Shown here: positions 35,701 to 46,800 of the stretch, piece by piece
How the letters are laid out: each line of letters begins with the position of its first letter
How positions within the stretch are numbered: the first letter of the stretch is position 1
NCBI GenBank assembly: GCA_904063045.1
Contig: CAJFCJ010000044.1
Location: 196,187 to 245,842 of the forward strand
Length of the DNA: 49,656 bases
Direction: 5' to 3'
DNA from: Dimorphilus gyrociliatus
Taxonomy: Eukaryota > Animalia > Annelida
Translations under genes and position numbers: made by a program
Notes under the pieces: generated by a model
The model's database searches: none
What the model was told of the DNA's origin: nothing
What the model saw: only the letters and a program-made list of their open reading frames with translations

Positions 35701-38700
35701 CCGTTATTGAAGCGATCATGTGCAACATTGACACCCTCCAACATTATTGCAAAACCTTGTTCGAAAATCGATAATATATCTGTCTATTTTGTAATTCTCT
35801 CCGGAAATTCATTTGGAAGAGATAACCATCCTAGACCCATTCTAGATTCACAGCCATAAAAGCCTGTTTAGGATGAATATATTTTGACTTCTGTTGATCC
35901 CAAATAAAGATACTGCTGGATTTTGATTAAAAACATTTTGACTAAAAAGGACCAAGGATGCTAGAATTTTGCGATGGGATCTTGATAGGTAATAATCTAT
36001 TTAAGATTTTTCCAAACTGTTGATTGTTTAATGAATAAGTCTATCTGTTGCTGTAACTACAAAAACTTTGTCATTACTCCATTTCCCTCTTTTGAATTTC
36101 AAAACAAAACTGAGAGAGATTTTTAGGAATCATACGGAAGACTTGATTAAATTGAAATATTTAGTAATTTAGCGTCATTTCTTTATATTAAATATCACTT
36201 TTTATAGTTGTTTTTAGGCATAGATTCTTTTAATTTTTTCAGATATTAAAAGTAATAACTCAGTCAACTTCTATTTATCTTTAAATGGAGTGGTTGAATG
36301 CCCTCCGAATACATTTTTATGTGAAACGGATGGAGTTTGTATTTCAAATTTGTATATTTGTGATGAAAAGTATGATTGTTTATCTGGAGAAGATGAGAGA
36401 GATTGTGACAAATATGATAATGATATGTTCCATTGTTTAAATTCTTCAGAAGTAATAGTGTATAGTCTAGTATGTAATTTTGTTAATGATTGTGAAGATG
36501 AATCTGATGAAATATTTTGTGGTATATCAGTTACTTTCTCTTTTTAAGTAATTTTACATTTTCAAATTGACATATCGTTTTTGTTCTATCAGAAAGAAAT
36601 TCTTGCGATACGAAAGACTCTTTGTAAATATTTGAAAATTATTTAAAATAATTGCTTGTCCTTGTTTCTTGTTCATTATTCTTAGTCTATAATGTCTTTC
36701 AACTAGAAAATGCTCCAATGGGCAATGTATACCAATCAAGAATTTCACTGATGGAGAGAGGCATTGCTTTGACAAGACAGACGAAGATTTTGCATATTTT
36801 ACTAAAATGCAAAATTTTCAAAGTTAGTTGGTTTTCAGTACGAAAACAATACAACATTTTTATTTTAGACAAATCAATCATTTCTTGTGGCAAAAAGTTA
36901 ATTTATAAAGAAAATGTATGTGATTTAAAATTTGATTGCTTAGCTAAAAATGATGAAAGTTATTCGAAATGTGAACCACACTACAATGATGTAAGAAGAT
37001 CTTTCATGAAAGATAAGGCAAAGTCCTACTGCATACTCTCCTACCGAAGTAGTGGAGGTTTATTAACAAAAATTCATTATCCTTACAATGAACTTTCAAA
37101 TTGTAAATTATTACATTGCACACCTGGACATTTTCTTTGTTATGGTGTCAACTTTTGCATTTCCATTGAGCAGTATTGCGATAAAATTAGACATTGTCCT
37201 TATGGAGATGATGAATCTAACTGTGGTAAAAAGCTTTGTTTTAATCTTTTACGAAAAATAGCAGAAATACTTTTTTTAGAAACTTTTAAACCAAGAGGTT
37301 TCTTTAAGTGTAAAAACCAAACTCTCTATATACTCGTCAATAAAGTTTGTAATGGCATTATTGATTGCCTTTTCGGCAGTGACGAACTTGCTTGTCATAT
37401 TCGACAAACCGACAATAAGGAAAATACGCCTTGTACTGAAAACTATATATATCACCTTTCTTGTTCATATAAAACTTTTATAAGCAAGACAAAGTCTTAT
37501 TCAACAATAACAACAAACCAGCCCTATATTAAAAAGCTATCAGTATTTGGGAAAATGTTTCAATTGTCAAAAATGAACCATTCATTTCATTTAATTTCAA
37601 TTCATATTGAAAATAATAACATAAAACAGTTTAATCTGGAAACTTTTCCTAACTTAGTAGTTGTTATATTGAAAAAGACAAACCTTATTAAATTTAATGG
37701 TAGAAACTCTAGTGGATATCTTCTTCAGCATTTGGATATTTCAATAAATCCAATAGACAATTTAAACTTTTTAAATAATTCTAGATTTATATTCATGAGA
37801 ATTTTGGATATATCTTATACAAATATAAAATCAATTGAACTAAGAAATGGTGTTCAATTTAAAAAGCTCTCATTATTCAAAATGACAAATTCTAATATAA
37901 AAACTATTGATAGAAAATTTTTCGGCTCACTTCCAAATCTTGCAGAATTGCATCTAAATGACACAGTTTTACCTTTAAAAAATGCAAATTTAGTATTTAA
38001 AAACATTAATAAGATTAAAAAACTATTTAGTATTTACTTTAATTTATGCTGTTTTGCTTGGAAATTCAGTAATAGTAGCGTAATATGCACACCGCCTTCA
38101 ACTGGATTCAATTCATGTTCAAATCTTATAGGATCAATTTTTGTTAAAACGATGTTTTGGTTTTATGGAATGTTTGGTTTTATTGGAAATTTTACAACTC
38201 TTGTAATAACCATTAAAAAAAATATTCAAAAGAAGCAATTTATTTGTTTGCAAACCACTCTTTGCATTGGAGATTTTCTTCTCTCAATCTATATCTTAAT
38301 CATCTTAATTGCTGATGCAATTTTTGGTAATGACTACATTTATTTTGAACATGCATGGAGATATAGCTTTGCCTGCCAAGCTTTGGGTTTTACGGCGTTA
38401 TTTTCCATAAATATGTCATCTTGTAGTATTGTCTTGTTAGCTATTGAGAGAAGTGACGCTATTATAAATCATGGTGTTCAAGTGACATTTTTCAGGAAGA
38501 GAGCTTTTTTGTTCATTTCAATTATCCTATTTTCATCATTGTTTGCAGGGTTACCAAATGCTTTCATTCCAGTTATATTATATATTTTTCAGTATTTTAT
38601 AAACCATTTTCACCTTTTCTTTCATTTGCAAATTTAGAATTTTCATTCGAAAACTAGAATTTGTTTGAACATTCTAATTGAGAATACTATCAATGAGGGA

Positions 38701-39819
38701 TGGACATTCTCATTTATCATATTTGGAATAGTTTTGTCTATATTTGTTATAGTTATAATAATTTGTTATATAAAGATATATTTATTTGTGAAAGAATCAA
38801 GAGAGGCACTAGATAGCTTGGGTTTTAACTCCAAATCAAAAGCAAAGCCTATAAAAATGATCATATTTGTCATTTTCTCAAATATTTTATGTTGGATTCC
38901 ATTAACTATTTTATGTGAATATTTCCTTTACTTCCTCCGCATGACACTAGAGAGAAAGTGTATCATAATCTTAATAGCTAGACATGAACTTTTTCAAATT
39001 GTCACTTGTTTATGATTATATAAAATTCTAACTAACCCTACAGGTTTTCTATCATTGTTTACTGTTATAACGATAAAAGAAGATATTTACATTTTTATAA
39101 TAATGTTCTTCCTCCCAATAAATTCTGTAATCAATCCAATTATCTGCATAGTGAGAGAATTTTATCAGTATAAATTACACATAGAAAGATCTAAACAAGA
39201 AAAATTGTTTGTTTATTTATCTATTTGTTACTGCTTTTTTGTGTTCTTATTATTTCTTTTCAGAAAAACGGCAGTAGAATCAGAATTACATAGAAACCAG
39301 TGCAAATGTAAGATGTTCAAATTCATAGACATTATTCACTTTTCAATTTCAATAACAATTTAATCTTATATGATTTAAAAGTTTTGCAGTATCTTAGTGG
39401 ATCAGAAGACAATCAAATTATATACTGTAAACATTATCACTATTTCGAACCTGTAAAAGTGAATATGACGCTGTACAGAAAACAAAAATATTTCAACATA
39501 TTGAAGGAAGTTATAAAATCATTAAAATATATACATTGTCATATGTTTTGTCTAAATCATAAAATTGACTTCAAGTATATCCTTTATGATGTAAGATACT
39601 CTCTCTCTCTCTCCTCTTTTACCAGTTTAAAGAATGAGTACTTTGAAAATACAAATTTTAGGAAACTTTTTTTTCAAATAGTCTATATCAAAGAAATATT
39701 TTTTTACAATTTTCCAATTGAGAGGATTTCAAGTTCAATATTCTAAAGAGGACATTAGAGAGTATGGTATTTTTGTGAGAAAAATTCTTCAAAAGAAAGT
39801 TTATTTTACTTTTCCATAA
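32786..39819 (+). CDS. GRL101/RXFP-like multidomain GPCR, copy 2: signal peptide, SRCR-like x~3, CTLD-like, LDLa x6, LRRs, 7TM, kinase-like tail
   Basis: Signal MFLCLLILLLSFKFNYVTS. SRCR-like GIFQMLIDDVW...IICKNFGF...LETLSCSTLDLNQC. CTLD-like DTCYYIF...ICQKRNLTLADF and ...CNHLDIKKFICQK. Six LDLa (36.3-37.4 kb), LRRs, TM3 AIERS, TM6 CWIP, TM7 LPINSVINPII. Intron positions match copy 1. The last tail segment needs a 1-nt shift (T7 run 39699-39705) or an unseen intron. Confidence 0.82.
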
Positions 39820-40199
39820 AAGAATATCCCTACATAGTTTTGCTCTAATTTTTATAATATGATTTGCTTAATTATTCAAATACATAATTAACCTAATTAT
39901 CATTTTATCATTCTTTATCATTTGAACCATGAAATTGAAAGCATAGAAGAATAAGTATAATTCTTTCAGCATTTACCCAACAAGTTTATTGTTACTTCAT
40001 TACTCAATGGGTAATAAGATGCAATTTATTCTTTTAAGAACTAACCTAACCCTGACTTCTGTTGATCCAAATATGTCAATGCTTCAAATGTTAAATCCTG
40101 CAAGTTTACAGATTCGAATACTTTAGGATTAGATTTTAGTTCGAAATTCGGTTAGTAAAAGCAAAGGAGCTACTGATTGATATGGCTGGGTTGCAGTTA

Positions 40200-40500
40200 G
40201 GGCAAGACCATAAATTCATTGATATTTTCGAATCAATCAACATACTGTTATGGTTGTTCAAAAAATTATATTCTTGCAGATCTATCGTTTTAGTGATCCA
40301 AATAGGTGAAAATCACTTGAAGCAAGCTCGGAACTCCAAGCTTAGTGAAACTTAAATTTGGCAATCTTTCCCATTGCAAACTCTGCTATATGTAAATTAT
40401 GAAATTATCAATCTAAGATTACTCCCCTATGATTATTATCTGTAAGAATTGATCACCTTTACCCAATACTAACTCTGATAGCAGATAATAGTTAACAGAT
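40200..40500 (-). mobile_element. Mariner (DD34D) transposase remnant
   Basis: One frame reads RGVILD**FHNLHIAEFAMGKIAKFKFH*AWSSELASSDFHLFGSLK, matching the mariner GVILLHDNARPH...HPAYSPDLAPSDFHLFGSLK region, with several stops. Confidence 0.7.
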
Positions 40501-41020
40501 CTAAATCCTTGCTATCTTATTTCTGCTTCTGAACCAAAGTTTGATTATCACACACAATCGAGAGCCTTAGCATGGTCCAGATAATAATGAGTCTAATTTT
40601 GATAATATACATTTGATGAGCAAAGAATCTGTAAGCAGGAGATTTTGACAAATAAAAGTGTACATCTGAGTTTGTTAGATTTACCTTTTAAAAAATTGCA
40701 GACTGGAACTTGATAATAATCTTCTTTGGTAGATCAATTAGGAACTCTTTAAAAAGATTTATAGTATATTACTTACCAGGTTTCTTGATAGAGGACTATT
40801 TTACTGCTTTATTAAGATACAAAGGTATTAGAGAAAACATTACGAAATGAGATATTTTTAAATGGGGAGAGATTTAATAAGTATCAAATGACTTCATCAG
40901 AAATTTGAAAAAACAAAAATTGCATTTGGTAAGTATCCAATGCTGTTTTGTTTCATTCCAATTTCAACATATGAGGGAGGAAGTGAGTACCTCCTGAATT
41001 TCTTTGTGACCAATTTCGAC

Positions 41021-41832
41021 TCAACTTTTCCACACATACTTTTTTAATGTTCCGGTGCATAAAAATTTTGAATCAGTTAGGTAGACTGAAAAATCTCCAT
41101 CACTCGGAGATCTGTCAATTAGGCTATGTCCATGTATGTGTAGTTGTTTTAAACAAATTGGATATCTTTCTATAAAAGTATGTAAAAAAAGATTTAGAGA
41201 AGAAACTAGTAAAATAATATTTTGCATATTACTGAGATACTCTTTGGTATAACTTCAAGATTGAAAGCCAAATATTTTTGATAAATAGTTGGATTGAAAG
41301 TAACAGACATATAAACTGGTAAATTCGTAGAAAATTTTAGAAATGTAATAATCTAAAGCATAAAAGAAGTATATTTTGTAGTTATATCTCGATAAAATTT
41401 TCTCATCACTGTGTACACTTGCGCATTTCCAGGCTTATCTTCTTTATATGATACAATACCATGGCATGAATTTTCAAGAAAATCAAATGCCAAGAAATCA
41501 ATTTTTAAAACTTCCATTGGAATATCAAATTTTACAGTTCTTTCTTCAACTGCAGTAGTTTTTTCAATTGTTTTGAAATCTTTTTTAATATATTTAAGAC
41601 CTGAAATTTTTTGCCAAACTCTCAAACTGAATGGATAATGTTTACCAGTTGTAAGATACGTTATAGGTGTTATATGGCCGTTACAGGGAATGTTAAAGTC
41701 TATAATCAAATTAATATGGTCATGTTGCACAAAATCATAACGTATAAGAGGAAAGCCAAGTGTTTTATTACTACAATTTTCACTTTGTATGATTGGAAAA
41801 TTCAAAAATAAGATCGCAATATGAAAAATCAT
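41021..41832 (-). CDS. 5' part of a secreted or surface protein of unrecognised family; downstream exons unclear or degenerate
   Basis: MIFHIAILFLNFPIIQS signal-like start at 41832, then a ~125-aa open domain (IPCNGHI...LRVWQKISG...DFLAF) and a donor at 41409. I could not build a consistent continuation. Confidence 0.45.
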
Positions 41833-41984
41833 ATATTTCAATAGCAGTTTGTTTACTAGAGGTAAAAGAGAAAACTTCCAACACAATGAGAAACAAAAGA
41901 AACAAGGGGAATCTTTTCTAAAAGGGTCGATTAATTGTAATTATGTCTTTCGATCTCGGCTATCGGCTGACACGTACACAAATG

Positions 41985-42960
41985 TAGGAGTGCTGGAGGC
42001 TGTAAATCTGGTTTTTATAGATATATGATATATAGATATTGTATTGAATTTATCAAAATTTGTGACGGAACTTATGATTGCCATCTGAAAGATGATGAAC
42101 TTGGATGTGGTAATAATAATTTGATAATTTAGTAAGGTTTTTTATTGACTTTATTCTCTTTTAGAATGGTCCGGGTCAAAAGGTCTTTACCGCTGCAGAA
42201 ACAGTTCTAAATACATTTCCCTTATTGATATGTGCCCTCTAAGTCACAGACATAACTGTAAATATGGAAATTCATTTGCAGAAAGCAGAGATGTCCTTCA
42301 GGAGACGACACAGATAGTAAAAAATCATTATTCATTTTTAATTAAACTACAACTTAAAAATTCAAGTATTGCAACGCTGAATATATTGAAAAAATTTTCT
42401 ATATTTAAAATATTTGATAATTTTTATGAAAAAATTGCAGAATGAGTTTGAGATTGTTAGATGCTAGTCAAAGCTCTTAATGACCTTATCCATACATTCA
42501 CATATAATATTGGAGAGTTGGCAAATCTTAATTTATCCTTTTATTCATGACATATCATTTTAAATTTCATCCAAGGCATACTTTTCATTGTTGTTAGGTC
42601 ATTCAGTCCATTTTAAAACAGTTATGGATAATATTTAATTATATGAAATTAATAGGAAAAACAATACACTGATTTATGGTCAAAATCAACAATAATGTTA
42701 CTAAATATAATTGAGAATATTTATAAGACTTATAACAATATTCTAAATATTTTCAGAGTAATGGTAACCAGTTTTCTTTATTCTAAAAGGATATTTTACT
42801 TTTTTTTGACAATTTCTATTTCCTATTTTGACAAAAAAGAATTTGTTTTCTTCCTTTTTTCACACAATGTTTAATAGAAATCACATTATGAATTTGAAAA
42901 ACTGTTGATTGTGAAAAGAAAAACTGAATGTTCCATCACCTGGAGATGTACTCAAAGATG
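41985..42960 (+). pseudogene. Third GRL101-like receptor fragment (LDLa5, part of LDLa6, LRR remnants)
   Basis: CKSGFYRYMIYRYCIEFIKICDGTYDCHLKDDELGC|intron 42110-42164|KGLYRCRNSSKYISLIDMC has the same intron position as copies 1 and 2. An internal deletion and stops follow. Confidence 0.7.
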
Positions 42961-43871
42961 GGACAGGTAGAAAATGACCAGAGCTTTGATTGAAAACAGC
43001 CAAAAAACTTATTTTTATAAATTGATAGTAAACTATTAAAAAAAAGTTAAAAAAAGACTTAAATGCTACTTATTGTTTTATTTAATAATGTACATTTTAT
43101 TAATATTTCATTATCTTATTTTTCACTACTCAAAGCCTTTATATATTTAAAAGATTACTTAATGTGTTTGAGTGATAACGTCACAACTAAAATAATATAC
43201 AAGTTTTCTTTTTAAAACTGAATATTTCACAGATTTTGAAACTTTCCGTTTGAAATCTTCGGGTAACATTAATAAATTTGATAATTTAAACATGTATAAT
43301 GGCAAAATTACTGGGCGATTTATGTTATATTTTAAAAGAACTAACTCATCATTCAATTGTAACAACAATTTTAAAGAGAGAAAGAATATCTTAATCAGCA
43401 ATCTGACATTTAATAGACGACATTTTCAACATCTACTAAGCCTGTTATACAATTTCCTTGAATTAAATTTTTCTTTTAGTTAATTGTTAGCGTGATATTT
43501 TGTTTACACATAAAATGAATGGGATGTTTGAAAACTCTGCCAATTTTGTCACCTTTCAAGTTTATCCACAATTTGTTACAATCTATGAAACTTAAATGAT
43601 TAACTATTCTATTGTAATTTTGGCTTCGTGAATATTTATTGAAAAAACCTAACCCTGAAATGATTGGAATGATTTGAATTTGAATATAACCTTATTTCTG
43701 AGTATACTTGTGTGTGTTGGTTTTGTAACAGTACAAATAACGTCATGTTTGAAATAATGTATTCTATTATATATATTGATAAATCCTTTTTCATCAAATG
43801 CAACAAATTGCAATACATTTAGAAATCTAAACATTTTGATTTGTTATCCTTTGAATTTTCAAATATACTCA

Positions 43872-46800
43872 TTAATTGTCCAGTTTGCTGTTTCGAGGAT
43901 TATCTCTATTTTTATAATCTATTTCATTTACTTGATTTGTTGCAGTAGTCAATACTATATCAAATAATTCCAAATCTGCAGGAGAATCCCATGAGCAAGC
44001 AATTTTCTCCAAATCTTCAATTCTACTGTACAATGCTACAAAAAGAAAATAAAGTAATACACATTAAAGAACAAATGAAAAGGGCAACCTCTAAATGTCG
44101 TATCATCAAATTCTTTATGTGATGTTTTTACTTTGTCATCATCCTTTAAGAATAATTTCATTAAACTCTTAGTAATATATTGAAACACTTGATGATCTTC
44201 TGGTAAAACAGTTGGATCAATTTTGATTGCATTTAAAAATTCATTTAAAGTTGTAATAAAAACATTTAAAATTAAATACGTCATTACAGATCCATATGAA
44301 ATTATGTAGATTTTGCCCATAGATCCTGCACCGTCAGACAATATATGAAAATCCAAATGACCAAAAATTGTTGCAATTAATGCATAACACGCAGATTTAA
44401 AACTTTTATAGTTATTTATATTTCTCCCGAGAATCATGTAACCCCAGCAAGCATAGCCAATAAGAATAATACAGCTACACAGTCCTATCAATGCTAAATC
44501 TTTGCCTGATTTTCTCAATGTGCTCACTAGAACTGAAATTGTTCTAGATATTTTTAATAAACTCAACACATACAGCTCACCAAAGAAACCACAGAATGCA
44601 ATAAACATCATAAAGCAGCTGTGCACATTAAAAAATATGGATAAATCCGTATATTCATTTCTGGAATTCATAACAGTTTCCACAGCTTTTACTCCAATTA
44701 TTGTTCTCCAAATATAAAGAAGAGCGGCGCAAAGAAAACATACCAATGAGACGAGTAAAAGTACACCAGGGACTTTTGAATGCTTAATAAAAGAATAAAA
44801 GCATATTGTAACTAAGACGAGCCAAATTAACATAGATATAACTTCAAATATAAGAGACACTAAACCACCAACTCCAGTATATCTATAAAGCTGTAAAGAA
44901 TCACAATGAATATTTGCAATAATTCCTCCAAATGGTTTGAATTCAAATTTCCAAGATGCCTGAGAGACAATTTCTTGATTCATTATTGTTAAATCTAATA
45001 TGACATAGCGTGTTTGACGATCTAGCCAACCATACCTTTTCAGCTCATCTACTATTTCCATTGCATTATCAGCTGTTTGGCTCAATGAAATTGAATAACC
45101 CTTATGTTTTTCCGAATACATGAAAGCATTATGAGTTCTATTAAAATTGAAATCATCCCAAAAAACAGAAAAGTTCCTATTAAGCTTACTAGACATTGAG
45201 TAATATCCAAAACAGCTACGATTTGAAAAGTATTGTTTTAAATCCATACCAGTAGGAATTTGGCAATTGTCACTTTTGACTCTTAGTTGAAATAATCTAA
45301 CAGCTGAAAATCTCATATGATTCATTTCACTTGTGTGTTTAAGATCATAGTTTGATAGATTTTTATTATTATAATGAGTTGTAGGATAAATTTCTGGTAT
45401 GGCATGAGTTTCAATCCATTTCCAAAAATTTTCATAATTATTCACCCTACTAACATTTGGTATTGTATTGAAAATTGATTTATTTTGATAGTAAACCATT
45501 GGATTCTGATTACTGTAGCATATAAAGAGAACAAATATTAGATATATTGCATGTAGAAGAATATTCTTTATCATATAGTGCATCTTATCTTTTAAAAGTT
45601 TTTCATTTTTTAGAGTACGAGTATTGTCCAATGTTTTGTTCAATCTTTCATAAATGTTCAATTCTGTTCAAATGATTAGGTATTCTGAAATATGTAAAGT
45701 ATTCATGTTTAACAGAATTCTCTTACCTAAAGGAATGTGAGATAGATTTTTCATTCTTAATCTTTTCAAATCTTTAATATTTTCTTCAACTTTGGTAAGA
45801 TTAGAATCTTTTCTAAACAAAAATGTTATCAAGAATGCAACCAGTATTACTTTGACTGGTTGAACAAGAATAATACTTTGTATGAAAGACAGAAAAAATG
45901 ACATTAACCATTTTAATGATTTTTCTCTTCCCCATTGAATTGAATATAGAATTGTAAAGAATGCTGCTGTTGCTGCTGTAAGAAATGTTATAGCCCATCC
46001 TATTGGGATTGTATACTTCCTCCATCTTTTTGAATTGAACAACAATGTTATGAGAACCAATCCAGGGAACACCACAACACTACTTGCTAAACCCACATAT
46101 AATTCATATACTGTAAATGTAACTGTCCCGAATGTCAACCCAACTTTAACATCAGATTCTCCAGAATTTCTATAGAACATACAACTTGCAATCATTGATA
46201 GAAAGAGAGCAACAAAGCAAACTGATAATCTTTGAAGTCTTGTGAATATTGATTTTGTTCTTCTTGCTCCAACAGACACCCATAAATGGTCATCCATCAA
46301 TTTTGTTTTAATATCTTTAATAGATTGTGAATCCATCTCTGATTTCGTTGCAACAAGTACTCTTTCCGTTTGACAATCTGCATGTGTAGATGATAACCAT
46401 TGGTTACAATCAAAACTAAACCAAGAATTTTCAGCAACTTTATCGATAATTATGATTCTTGTTAAAAACCACGGATCATATTCTTTTGACTGGAAATTTG
46501 TTGGTTCAAGAGATACTTTTATGCAAACAATTGATCCAATACTCTTAGATGTTGCCATAATGAATGATCTAGTGGATCCAGCTGCAAAGGAAACTACACT
46601 CTCTGAAGCTAATGTTCGATCAACTGTACTCCCTTCACTTCCATAACATGTTAACTTAACTTTGGACTGAGTGCCACCATCTTTCTTATTTCCTGTGTAG
46701 ACATGTATTTCGTATTCATATTTATCTTCCTTATAGTTATCTAGTAATGGTAGTGGTGTCCACAGTAATTTATCCCTTTTGTCTAATCTTCTGACTAATA

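Noticed and set aside
39025-39046. ctaactaaccctacag as a telomere-like or MITE piece
   Set aside because: It is the branch point and acceptor of the intron before the TM7 exon of copy 2.
43159-43834. Short minus-strand ORFs downstream of polycystin
   Set aside because: No recognisable motif or consistent splice chain; cannot be assigned.
45664-45726. In-frame TGA (45668-45670) between two polycystin ORFs
   Set aside because: An acceptor at 45665/45664 with a nearby CTAAT branch-like motif skips it and preserves the frame.
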